A stretch of DNA of 39,888 bases from NCBI GenBank assembly GCA_900552735.1, contig USBA01000001.1:1-39888 (forward strand), in the 5' to 3' direction. The position numbers were made by a program, and so were the translations under genes. Below, one piece after another: positions 1 through 9,120 of this stretch. This DNA comes from an uncultured Collinsella sp. (GTDB lineage: Bacteria; Actinomycetota; Coriobacteriia; Coriobacteriales; Coriobacteriaceae). Below the pieces are notes generated by a model. It was not told where the DNA came from, did not search any database, and saw only the letters and a program-made list of their open reading frames with translations. How positions within the stretch are numbered: the first letter of the stretch is position 1; each line of letters opens with the position of its first letter.

Positions 1-365
1 AGATGGGCGAAGCGAGTGTAGTTGATCCCGAGAGCGGCTGTATCTTCACTCTGTGGCTCAACACCGATCTGACGTTTACGCCCGAGGCCACGCCGGCTCC
101 GGTCGACCCCGAAAAGCCCGCGCCGCAGCCTGAGGTCAAGCCTGAGCCCAAGCCCGAGGTGAAGCCCGAGACCAAGCCCGCGGCTAAACCGGTCACGACA
201 ACCACCACGGCCAAGACGGTTGAGAAAACCACGCAGGCCAAGAAGGGCGATGCTGTCCTGGCTACCACGGGGGATACCACCGCGATGACGGTCGCCGCCC
301 TAGGCATCGCCGGCGCAACCGTAGCCGCCGCCGGCATCGCCGCAACCAAGCGCCGCAAGCGTTAG
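1..365 (+). CDS. C-terminal part of a sortase-anchored surface protein (5'-truncated by the window edge)
   Basis: Pro/Lys/Glu- and Thr-rich linker (KPEPKPEVKPETKP), LATTG motif, hydrophobic segment and KRRKR tail before the TAG at 363-365. Confidence 0.85.
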   Translation, partial: MGEASVVDPESGCIFTLWLNTDLTFTPEATPAPVDPEKPAPQPEVKPEPKPEVKPETKPAAKPVTTTTTAKTVEKTTQAKKGDAVLATTGDTTAMTVAALGIAGATVAAAGIAATKRRKR

Positions 366-401
366 GTTTTGGCGGCGGCGCCCATCCTCGGCTTTAGCAA
401 A

Positions 402-540
402 ATCTCAATCTGTAACACCAAGCCAGTCAAAACGGCCCTAGATGTTACAGATTGAGATGAACCGAATGGCCGTCAATCTAATGTCTCGATCTGTAACACC
501 AGGCGGGGAATTTGACCTCTAACTGTTACAGATCGAGACA
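402..540. repeat. Alternating inverted-repeat array, 2 units (RTCTCRATCTGTAACA-N25-TGTTACAGATYGAGAY)
   Basis: Half-sites at 402-417, 443-458, 483-498 and 524-539; both inner spacers are exactly 25 nt. Confidence 0.92.
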
Positions 541-560
541 AACTGGCCGGCCGAGTCCAG

Positions 561-597
561 AACCACCGCAAAGGTGCCTGTCCCCTTTGCGGTGGTT
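561..597. repeat. REP-like hairpin containing GGTGCCTGTCCCC
   Basis: 14-bp perfect stem AACCACCGCAAAGG / CCTTTGCGGTGGTT; a degenerate copy lies at 7593-7627. Confidence 0.7.
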
Positions 598-607
598 TGC
601 GCAGGTA

Positions 608-641
608 GAACGGTAGGTTCGTATATATGAACCTACCGTTC
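608..641. promoter_or_regulatory. 13-bp inverted repeat upstream of the large surface-protein gene (possible operator or terminator)
   Basis: GAACGGTAGGTTC-GTATATAT-GAACCTACCGTTC, followed by T-rich sequence, about 60 nt before the ATG at 702. Confidence 0.45.
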
Positions 642-701
642 GCTTTGTTTTTGAACAACGATTACGCTGGATGACTTTTGGTTTGCAGGAAAGGAACGAC
701 C

Positions 702-3700
702 ATGAGGTGGACTACTGCTCGAGCGCTTTGCCGACGGCTGACGGTTGCCACGGTGACCCTCGCGATGGTGACGGGTTCGTTTCCCGCGGGCGCGTTTGCT
801 GAGGCCCTCAACACCGACGGCACTTTTGTGCAGACGGATAACGGCCAAGCAGCCGACGCCGCTCCCGCCGATTCGGCTGACGCCCAAACGTCAGACTCTG
901 CTTCCGCCGACCCCGCGCCCGATGCCGGCGCCGCCGACCCCACAGTGCTCGATAGCGGTGATACCCCTACGCCCCCGCCCTCCGAGATTGCATCGGCGGC
1001 GGGCCTAACGGGCGCCGGGCAGACCGAGAGCACACCTGCGGGTACGCTCGCCACTGATCTTGTCGAGGGCAAGGAACTCGCCGAGCAGCAGAAGCAAGAG
1101 GAGGCTTCCGGTGCCGAGGCAACCTGGAACGAGGAACTTGGACTCTGGGTAACCTCGAAGGGCACTACGGGCGTAAAGGGTGAATACGACGATGGCTACG
1201 TGGCCGGCGAGCAGACCCCCGCGCAGTACTACTTCTCGATCGATAACCTCACCAACGAAATTTCTATCGAGTATGGCGACGCGGGCATTACCACGTTGGA
1301 GGTGCCCTCGACCATCGACGGCAAAAATGTCGTGAGTCTTAAGGGCATGGGAAACGTTGCGCTCACATCAATTACGTTTGCCCCCGATTCGCATATCTGC
1401 TCTGTGGGCGGTTTGGGCGGCAGCAGCATCAAGGAAATCGCACTGCCCGATTCGGTTGAGGAACTGGGCTGGAATGCGTTTACCGGAAGCAAGACGCTCC
1501 AGACGGTGACCTGGCCCAATAACGCGGCCTTTACCACGATTCCCGAGCAGGCCTTTGAGGGCTGCGAACAACTTGACGACAATGTGGTGGCAACGCTGCC
1601 GCCTTCGGTTAAGACTATCGACTATCGTGCCTTCGCCAATTGTGGCGTGCCGCAGTTCTATGTCTCGGACACAACGGTACTCACCTTTACGCAGATCAAC
1701 GTGCCGGGCACGGTGGAGCGGATTGAGCGCTATGCCTTTGACGGGTGCTCCTTTGTGTCGTCGGTGACGATTGGCGATGGTGTCAAATCTATCGGGGCGC
1801 TCGCGTTCGCCTCTCTTGATCCTGCGATTGCCGGCAAAGAGATTGTGCTACCCAAAAGCGTGGAAATGATAGAGTGGGGAGCTTTTGAGAACACGAGATA
1901 CGGAAACGAGACGAACCATAATGCCGTTGCCCTGCGCGTGATGAACCCCGATCTTCAGTTTGGTGAGGCGGGCTATCCGGGCGACTATAATGAGCGCGTG
2001 ACAATCGATGGCGTAACGTATGCGATTCCCTTTGGTGAAGGCCAGACCATCTATGCCTATGCGACCGATTCGGCTGGCAACCCCTCGATGGTCAAAAGGC
2101 TTGCCGATGCCGTGGCCGATCGCAAGGACTCCGTCGATTCCTCGAAGCCTGCCTACACGTTTGAGTGGATGGGCGAGGCGACCCAGGTGACGGGCAAACT
2201 TCCCCAGAGCGCGACGGCTACACTCATGCAGGCGGGGCAGTCCACGCCGCTGGCGGTTGGCGATGACGGCAGCTTTACAGCGGACGCTCTCTCCAAGACA
2301 GCAGCCACCCTGCGCATTTCGCTCAGCGGTTACTATGACATGGTGCTGGCGCGCCCGGGCGACCAGATGACGGGCACATGGAATATCGGAGAGATTAAGG
2401 CTGAGAACTTTACCAAGATTCCGGCTTCGCGCGCGATTGAACTTAATGTGGCCTATCTCGAACCGGTCGCAGGCCAGGATAAGACCGAACGCATTGAGCT
2501 CGATAGTCTCGATAACATCGATCTGACGGTGAAGAGCGGCGGCAAGACGCTTAAGCCTGCCAAGGGTGACAAGGAAAACGACTTCCGTATCCAGGGCACA
2601 GCGCTCGTGGTGTCGCAGGCCATTGCCGACGCGGACCAGGATCTGGAGATAACGCTCGAGCCTAAAGACAGCCTCAAGCTGGGTGGGGCGACGGCGACGG
2701 CGAAGCCTTCGGCCGGCAAGGTCGATATCGACTTGAAACCCTGGGGCACGGCGACGGTCACGACCAAGGGCGACTACCAGGGCGCCAACCGCGTGCTGGT
2801 GTTCCGTACGTCCGACGGCAAGCTAGTCGCCGACGGCGTCACCTATTTGATGGGTTACGAAGACGATGGCACCACGCCTATCATGAAGGCCGAGACGCCG
2901 CGCCTTAAGGCCGGTTCGTACACCATCGTCGCCTTTAACAAGACGAGCTACGACATCCAAGCGACGAGCTATTCCACGTTTAGCCGCCTAGGGCTGACCG
3001 TGGGTAAGCATATCGCGCAAAAGCAGGTGAAGATTGAGGACGGCAAACAGCTCGACGTGACGCTCGACGTCCCCACGTTTGACGTGGAGACGTATCGTGC
3101 CGAGCGCGGGCTGACGGCGGGCTCGGTTATCGCTGATTCGTCCGCGGTCGTTGGCGCGGAGACCGAGCTGCGCATTCATTACGAGCTCAAGGACAGCCAG
3201 GCTGCCAAGATTGAGATTCCTCTGGCCAAGGATGCCGTCGAGGATGTGTCCGCAGGCGCTCGCGAAGCCGGCGCCAGCTCCGATGCCATGTGGGCTGCCA
3301 CAACTTGGGAGGGCGACAACCTCGTTCTCGATATGAAGAAGAGTGCGGGCGCCGATGTGTTTGTGCGCTTTAAGCCTAAGGCCGCGGGCATCTATGCCGT
3401 CTCGCCGCTTATTACGCTGGGCGAGGTGACATTGCCGCTGGGAAGCATCACGCTTGAGGTTAGCGGATCGCGCATCGAGGTCGACAACACCGACGTTCAC
3501 AGCCTGCTGGGCAATGTGGCCTACGTTTATGCAGCGCCGGGCAAGAGCGTGCAGCTCACCGTGGGGACGGGCTCGTCGGCTGCAAAGTACACCGGCAAGA
3601 CCAATAAACTCGGCCGTGCCAAGATTGAATACGAACTGCCGCAGGATACGCTTGCCGCCGAGCGTGTGACGCTCGAAGCGCGCGTGGGCTCGACCGATGT

Positions 3701-6700
3701 CGCCGCCGCTGCCGCAGAGGTGACGGCTCGCAATTATGTGCGCTATGTTCCGGGTGCTTCGGTCTGGAACTTTGATGTGACGTATCGTGGCGGTACGCAA
3801 AACCTGGTCAAGGACGGCAAGGACACCGGCAAGGGCCTGTGGACCTTCCATCATCTGCCACAAAAGAAGAATGCCTACTGGACCTTTGACATCACGCTCG
3901 AGGTGGGAAACGAAGAGGCCGCCGACACGCTCGACCTGTACGTGGACTGCGTGGATGGCAAGACGGTGACGATTCCTCTGGCTCAAAAGTCGCGCGAGGG
4001 CACCCGCGTGCGCTATGCGGCGGAGTATGTGGACGAGGGTTACCTTAAGCTGCTTAATGAGTTTAACAAGGCGAATGACTCGACCTATGTGAACTGCGGC
4101 AACTTTGAGCAAATCTTTATGCCGCAGACCTACCGCATCTCCAATGCCCAGCTTATGACCATGCTGAGTTTTGACGCCAAAGCTTCGGCCAAAAAGCATT
4201 CCGCCGCGGCCGAGGAGCGCCAGCAGGAGTTCTCGAATGCCGTGCAGCAGTGGCACGAGTATATGATGGATAACTCGTTTAATGATGTCGACGAGGTCTT
4301 TAACGACGCGATTGACCAGATGGTCGCCGATGCGTTTGCCGAAGAGGACAAGGACGGTAAAGAGGACGAAGCCCAAGGTGGAGCTGCGTGTAAGGCTCGT
4401 CGCGCCCCTGCCGCCAGCGACGGCGAGGGTGATGGTGCTGGCAACGACGAGGCCGCGCAGTTTGCGGCTGAGCTCAAGGCCGCGGTCGGCGGGTCGTCGG
4501 CGCTGCTGACCCAGCAGGGCGACAGCTATGGCGTCAATGTGGACAAGATGATCTTTGAGGATGCTTACGGCACCAGCGAGGATTGGTATCAGGAACTCGC
4601 GGCGGCCCAGGGCGCGAACGCTGCGGATGCGGCCGCCATCAAGGAGCTCGTCGACCATGCATCGCGAGCGGAGTTTATTGCCCAGCAGGCCGAGGATCTG
4701 GTGGGCCAGTCGATGGGTATCGGCCAGCTCAACCAATACGGAAGCTGGAATGACGCAACCGCTGCGGCGCTCAACAAGTGTGCGGGCATTAAGGCCAGCG
4801 AGTACAACGGCCAGTCGACGAGCGGGTTTAACGATTTGGGCCAGGTGCTCGGCAGCTCGCTGAGCTACAAGGCGGCTGATGACGATACCGTCAAGGGCTT
4901 TAAGGTCGCCGCGCCCGATGGCGAGCAGACGGCCTATATCGAGTCGGAATTTATCGAGAACTCCAATAACAACAAGAACCAGGCGCTTCTGTTTAACTCG
5001 ATCGCCATGCAGTGCGACATTCTGGACAACCTGTACGACAACTGGAATGTGGTCCATAGCCTCAACAACTCCAAGGTGCGCGGATGGCTCATGGCCTGGA
5101 AGCGCAACGGCGACGTGAGCGCCCATATGAAGCTCATCCGCACGATCCGTTCGCTCAAGAGCTATAAGATCGAATGCGAGATGTTCGGACAGGTCTTTAA
5201 GACCGATGCGTGGAAGGCGGCCGGCCAGGCATTTCCCGCGGCGACCCAGGGCATCGGCATCTTTACCGGCATTTACGGCGTGAACGATGCCAGCAAGAAC
5301 TGGGAGAACGTGAACGTCCGTATGCAGAAGGTGAAGGGCGAGCGCGAGGGCTATGAGCTTCAGCACACGCGCTTGCTTGCCAAGCCCGAGAAGACCGAGG
5401 ACGATTGGAAGTGCATTTACGCGCTGCGTGACGCCATGGAGAAGGCGCGTGCGTTTGAGGATCTGCTGTATCGCCAACTCTGCCACGACAGCACCGATGT
5501 GGCAGTGGGCTCCATTATGACAATCGCCGGCGTGTTGACGGCCGGTTCGGCGGGTACCGTGGTGGGCGCTGCCTATGACGCGGCTTCGACCAGCGTAGGT
5601 TCGGAGCGCGCGATTAAGCTGACCAATGCTGAATGCGCCTACGATGTTGCCTGCGAGCAGGTGGAGCGCGCGTGCCAGAATCGTATTACGGTCAACTGGG
5701 GCGAGCTGACCGATGCCGAGGTCTACAAGGCCAACAAGGACGGCTTGATCTCGGACGAGAAGATGCAGTCGATCTTCGAGGCGCGTTATCGCAATGTGGC
5801 TGCCAAGGCTGCACCCGACCCTGCGGGCGTGGTGTACGAGGGCCTGCTGTCCAATACGGTTGAAGGCGCGACGGTTGAGCTGTGGAGCGCCGACGATGCG
5901 GCCGGTACAAATGCAGTGCGTTGGGATGCCGAGGAGTATGAGCAGGACAATCCGCTTGCAACGGGTGCGGACGGTGCGTACAACTGGAATACGCCGACCG
6001 GCTGGTATCAGGTGCGCGTGACCAAGGACGGGTATGAGGAGGCGCGTTCGGCTTGGCTGCGCGTGCCGCCGATTCAGACTGAGGTGAACATTGGCTTGGT
6101 GTCGACGACGGCGCCCGAGGTGGCTTCGGCCCATGCCTATACCGATTGCATCGAGATTGAGTTTGCGCAGTATATGGATGCGAGCGACGATGCCCTGGTC
6201 GCATTGTGCGCGCAGGGCTTGGGCGACGCGACGTATACGTGGCTCGACAAACAGGACGATCCTAATGGCAAGCCGCTGTCGCGCGTGCTGCGTATTCGCT
6301 ATGCCGATGCGCGTGAGGCGGGCTCGACGGTGGCGTTTGAGCTCGACGGTGCTCGCAACTACGCCGGCACGGCCATGGCGCGCTGGGCAAGTGGCGAGCT
6401 TGTCGTGGGCGTTCGTGCCGACAAGCTCAAGCTCAACGTGGAGCAGGCCGTGACCATGCTTGATGGCAGTGACTTTGAGCTGGTGGCGCACGTGACCGAT
6501 AAGGCGGGTAAGCCGTTTGCGGGCGCAAAGGTTAGTGTTGGGCTGGAGTCCTCGGCTATCTGCTCTGTCGATGCCGCCCAGGCCGTGACGGGCGAGGACG
6601 GCGCGGCGACGTTTGTACTGCATGGTGCTCTGCCCGGTTTGACGACGTTGACGGCGGCGGTGGACGGTACGGCGCTGTCCAAGCAGGTCGACGTTCGCGT

Positions 6701-7304
6701 GTCTGCCGAGGCAGTGCGACCGGCGCGACCGGTGGCGACGATTGGTGCGACGACGTTTGGTGCATGGTCGCCCAAGGAGAACTACATTACGGTGCCCAAG
6801 GGCACGAAGCTGGAGCTTTCGGCCGAGGATGGCGCGACGATTTGGTACACCACCAACGACACCTGTCCCTGCCGTGACGAAGGCCGCGTAAAGTACATCG
6901 AGCCTATTGCGCTCGATAGCAACATGTATGTGCGCATTGCGGCACAGCGCCCTGGCATGTCATACAGTGAGTATTCCGAGCGTCTGAACATTACGATTAC
7001 GGTGACCGATGAGGCGGCGCCTGAGCCGACGCCCGAGCCGGACCCGACGCCTGGCGACGGCGAGCAGGGCGGCGGTGCGGATGGCTCTGGCGGCACCGGG
7101 GTACCTGCGGGCGGCTCGGCTTCGACGACGACCACGGTGACGACGAACAAGTCCAAGGGTAAGGGCAAGAACGGCAAGAAGCCCGGTGGCACGGAGCTTG
7201 CCGGCACGGGTGACTCCGCCGCGATGACGGTCGCCGCCCTAGGCATCGCCGGTGCAACCGTTGCCGCTGCCGGTGTCGCCGCAACCAAGCGTCACAAGCG
7301 TTAG
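702..7304 (+). CDS. Large sortase-anchored surface protein: BspA-type (LRR_5) leucine-rich repeats, beta-sandwich domains, helical central region, carboxypeptidase-regulatory-like, Big_1-like and CHB_HEX_C/Fn3-associated domains
   Basis: AAGGAA ribosome-binding site before ATG 702; signal peptide ending in AFA; LPDSVEELGWNAF / LPPSVKTIDYRAF / IGDGVKSIGALAF repeats; DPAGVVYE...TGADGAYNW...WYQVRVTKDGYE; IWYTTNDTCP; LAGTG + hydrophobic segment + KRHKR. Confidence 0.88.
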   Translation: MRWTTARALCRRLTVATVTLAMVTGSFPAGAFAEALNTDGTFVQTDNGQAADAAPADSADAQTSDSASADPAPDAGAADPTVLDSGDTPTPPPSEIASAAGLTGAGQTESTPAGTLATDLVEGKELAEQQKQEEASGAEATWNEELGLWVTSKGTTGVKGEYDDGYVAGEQTPAQYYFSIDNLTNEISIEYGDAGITTLEVPSTIDGKNVVSLKGMGNVALTSITFAPDSHICSVGGLGGSSIKEIALPDSVEELGWNAFTGSKTLQTVTWPNNAAFTTIPEQAFEGCEQLDDNVVATLPPSVKTIDYRAFANCGVPQFYVSDTTVLTFTQINVPGTVERIERYAFDGCSFVSSVTIGDGVKSIGALAFASLDPAIAGKEIVLPKSVEMIEWGAFENTRYGNETNHNAVALRVMNPDLQFGEAGYPGDYNERVTIDGVTYAIPFGEGQTIYAYATDSAGNPSMVKRLADAVADRKDSVDSSKPAYTFEWMGEATQVTGKLPQSATATLMQAGQSTPLAVGDDGSFTADALSKTAATLRISLSGYYDMVLARPGDQMTGTWNIGEIKAENFTKIPASRAIELNVAYLEPVAGQDKTERIELDSLDNIDLTVKSGGKTLKPAKGDKENDFRIQGTALVVSQAIADADQDLEITLEPKDSLKLGGATATAKPSAGKVDIDLKPWGTATVTTKGDYQGANRVLVFRTSDGKLVADGVTYLMGYEDDGTTPIMKAETPRLKAGSYTIVAFNKTSYDIQATSYSTFSRLGLTVGKHIAQKQVKIEDGKQLDVTLDVPTFDVETYRAERGLTAGSVIADSSAVVGAETELRIHYELKDSQAAKIEIPLAKDAVEDVSAGAREAGASSDAMWAATTWEGDNLVLDMKKSAGADVFVRFKPKAAGIYAVSPLITLGEVTLPLGSITLEVSGSRIEVDNTDVHSLLGNVAYVYAAPGKSVQLTVGTGSSAAKYTGKTNKLGRAKIEYELPQDTLAAERVTLEARVGSTDVAAAAAEVTARNYVRYVPGASVWNFDVTYRGGTQNLVKDGKDTGKGLWTFHHLPQKKNAYWTFDITLEVGNEEAADTLDLYVDCVDGKTVTIPLAQKSREGTRVRYAAEYVDEGYLKLLNEFNKANDSTYVNCGNFEQIFMPQTYRISNAQLMTMLSFDAKASAKKHSAAAEERQQEFSNAVQQWHEYMMDNSFNDVDEVFNDAIDQMVADAFAEEDKDGKEDEAQGGAACKARRAPAASDGEGDGAGNDEAAQFAAELKAAVGGSSALLTQQGDSYGVNVDKMIFEDAYGTSEDWYQELAAAQGANAADAAAIKELVDHASRAEFIAQQAEDLVGQSMGIGQLNQYGSWNDATAAALNKCAGIKASEYNGQSTSGFNDLGQVLGSSLSYKAADDDTVKGFKVAAPDGEQTAYIESEFIENSNNNKNQALLFNSIAMQCDILDNLYDNWNVVHSLNNSKVRGWLMAWKRNGDVSAHMKLIRTIRSLKSYKIECEMFGQVFKTDAWKAAGQAFPAATQGIGIFTGIYGVNDASKNWENVNVRMQKVKGEREGYELQHTRLLAKPEKTEDDWKCIYALRDAMEKARAFEDLLYRQLCHDSTDVAVGSIMTIAGVLTAGSAGTVVGAAYDAASTSVGSERAIKLTNAECAYDVACEQVERACQNRITVNWGELTDAEVYKANKDGLISDEKMQSIFEARYRNVAAKAAPDPAGVVYEGLLSNTVEGATVELWSADDAAGTNAVRWDAEEYEQDNPLATGADGAYNWNTPTGWYQVRVTKDGYEEARSAWLRVPPIQTEVNIGLVSTTAPEVASAHAYTDCIEIEFAQYMDASDDALVALCAQGLGDATYTWLDKQDDPNGKPLSRVLRIRYADAREAGSTVAFELDGARNYAGTAMARWASGELVVGVRADKLKLNVEQAVTMLDGSDFELVAHVTDKAGKPFAGAKVSVGLESSAICSVDAAQAVTGEDGAATFVLHGALPGLTTLTAAVDGTALSKQVDVRVSAEAVRPARPVATIGATTFGAWSPKENYITVPKGTKLELSAEDGATIWYTTNDTCPCRDEGRVKYIEPIALDSNMYVRIAAQRPGMSYSEYSERLNITITVTDEAAPEPTPEPDPTPGDGEQGGGADGSGGTGVPAGGSASTTTTVTTNKSKGKGKNGKKPGGTELAGTGDSAAMTVAALGIAGATVAAAGVAATKRHKR

Positions 7305-7340
7305 GGGTGGGTAGCGGCTCTCGTTCTCGGCCTCAGCAAA

Positions 7341-7558
7341 ATCTCAATCTGTAACACCAAACTGCCCAAAACGGCTCTAGATGTTACAGATTGAGATGAA
7401 CTGTTCGGCTGCCAACCTAACGTCTCGATCTGTAACACGTAGCGAGGAATTTGGTCTCTAACTGTTACAGATTGAGACAAAGCGGAGGCGACTGGCACAA
7501 TATCTCGATCTGTAACAACTACAAGGCTCAACGGGCTCCAGGTGTTACAGATTGAGAC
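7341..7558. repeat. Alternating inverted-repeat array, 3 units
   Basis: Half-sites at 7341-7356, 7382-7397, 7422-7437, 7463-7478, 7502-7517 and 7543-7558; inner spacers 25 nt, outer spacers 23-24 nt. Confidence 0.92.
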
Positions 7559-7644
7559 AAACGCCGGAATTGGTTTGCCGACCAGACCCTAGACCACCAC
7601 AAAGGTGCCTGTCCCCATCGTGGTGGTTTGGGCGGCCGGTATAG

Positions 7645-7682
7645 AAAAAGTCCCCGCCGGGCGTGTGCTCGACGGGGACTTT
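7645..7682. terminator. Intrinsic terminator between convergent genes (probably bidirectional)
   Basis: AAAAAGTCCCCG...CGGGGACTTT hairpin; U-tract on the minus strand downstream of nfnB. Confidence 0.7.
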
Positions 7683-7710
7683 GCCGTTTGATGGCTAGCG
7701 CTGCGGATGA

Positions 7711-9120
7711 TTACTCACCCAGCAGGCTCTTGGTGATGGAAGTGGCGGCCTTCTTGCCGGCGCCCATCGCCAAAATGACCGTAGCGGCACCGGTGACGAT
7801 GTCGCCGCCGGCCCAGATGCGGGGATCGGTGGTCTGGCCGGTCTCCTCGTCGGCAACGATGTAGCCCCACTTGTTGAGCTCCATCTTGCCGCCGATCTTC
7901 TTTGCGAAGGGGTTGGCGTTGGTGCCGATAGCCGAGATCGCGACGTCGCAGGGGATCTCCTCGATGGCGCCCTCGATGGGCACCGGACGACGGCGGCCGG
8001 ACTCGTCGGGCTCGCCGAGCTCCATCTTCTGGACCTTGACGGCGCACACGGAGCCGTCCTCGCCAGCGACAAACTCGAGCGGGGAGACGAGCGGCAGAAC
8101 CTCGACGCCCTCGGCCTTGGCATGGTGCAGCTCGGCGCGACGGCAGGGCATCTCGTCCTCGGTACGACGGTAGGCGATGATGGCGTGCTCGGCGCCCAGG
8201 CGCTTGGCGGTACGGACGGCGTCCATGGCCACGTTGCCGCCGCCAAAGACAACGACGTTCTTGCCGTGCTTGGTGGGGGTGTCGTACTCGGGGAACTTGT
8301 TGGCCTTCATCAGGTTCACGCGGGTGAGGTACTCGTTCGCGAAGAAGACGTTGGGCAGGTTCTCGCCGGGGACGTTGAGAAACTTGGGTAGGCCAGCGCC
8401 GGTCGCCACGTAGATGGCGTCGAAGCCCTGCTCGAACAGCTCCTCGGCCGTGGCCATGTTGCCCACGACGGAGTTGTACTCAAACTTGACGCCCATGTCC
8501 TCCAGACCGTCAATCTCGCGCTTGACGACTGCCTTGGGCAGACGGAACTCGGGGATGCCGTAGACCAGCACGCCGCCGCCGGTGAAGAATGCCTCAAAGA
8601 CGGTGACGTCAAAGCCGTTGCGGGCGAGCTCGCCGGCGCAGGTGATGCCGGACGGGCCGGAGCCGACGACGGCGACCTTCTTGCCGTTCTTGGGAGCCAT
8701 CTTGGGCGTGGAGGCGAGCTCGGGGCGGTCACCCAGGAAGCGCTCGAGCTGGCCGATGGCTACGGGCTCGGACTTCTTACCACGGATACACTTACCCTCG
8801 CACTGGTTCTCCTGCGGGCAGACGCGACCGCAGATGGCGGGAAGCATGGAGTCCTCGCGGATGGTATCGAGGGCGCCGCCGAAGTCCTTCGCGCGGATCT
8901 GCTCGATAAAGCGGGGGATGTTGATGTTGACGGGGCAGCCCTCAACACAGAACGGCTTCTTGCAGTTGAGGCAGCGCTCGGCCTCGGCCAGCGCCATCTC
9001 CTCGGTGAAGCCCTTGTCGACGGGGCGGAAGTCGCAGGCGCGCTCGGCAGCCGGCTCCTCGTTATCGGGGGTGCGGGGCGACTTCATATCGGCAACGAAA
9101 CGACCGTTAACTAGTGGCAT
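7711..9120 (-). CDS. nfnB: NfnB/SudA-type large subunit of NADH-dependent reduced ferredoxin:NADP+ oxidoreductase (GltD-like)
   Basis: CLNCKKPFCVEGCP and CGRVCPQENQCEGKC Fe-S motifs, GSGPSG and GGGNVAMD Rossmann motifs, YGIPEFRLP; overlaps the upstream NfnA-like gene. Confidence 0.88.
   Translation of the reverse strand: MPLVNGRFVADMKSPRTPDNEEPAAERACDFRPVDKGFTEEMALAEAERCLNCKKPFCVEGCPVNINIPRFIEQIRAKDFGGALDTIREDSMLPAICGRVCPQENQCEGKCIRGKKSEPVAIGQLERFLGDRPELASTPKMAPKNGKKVAVVGSGPSGITCAGELARNGFDVTVFEAFFTGGGVLVYGIPEFRLPKAVVKREIDGLEDMGVKFEYNSVVGNMATAEELFEQGFDAIYVATGAGLPKFLNVPGENLPNVFFANEYLTRVNLMKANKFPEYDTPTKHGKNVVVFGGGNVAMDAVRTAKRLGAEHAIIAYRRTEDEMPCRRAELHHAKAEGVEVLPLVSPLEFVAGEDGSVCAVKVQKMELGEPDESGRRRPVPIEGAIEEIPCDVAISAIGTNANPFAKKIGGKMELNKWGYIVADEETGQTTDPRIWAGGDIVTGAATVILAMGAGKKAATSITKSLLGE

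Noticed and set aside
473..658. Small ORFs over the repeat arrays (473-658, 7301-7531, 23412-23615) sharing LQIET/SQSVT peptides
   Set aside because: The shared peptides are translations of the 16-bp DNA repeat; there is no ribosome-binding site or coding-like composition.
2988..6623. 1211-aa minus-strand ORF, and similar long overlapping ORFs (9114-10274, 10845-12020, 12328-13830, 20121-21827, 23662-25740, 33381-35375)
   Set aside because: Antisense shadows of well-supported genes, expected from high-GC codon bias; no recognisable motifs.
7711..9120. Glutamate synthase small subunit (gltD)
   Set aside because: No gltB partner; coupling to an NfnA/SudB-type gene fits NfnAB better.
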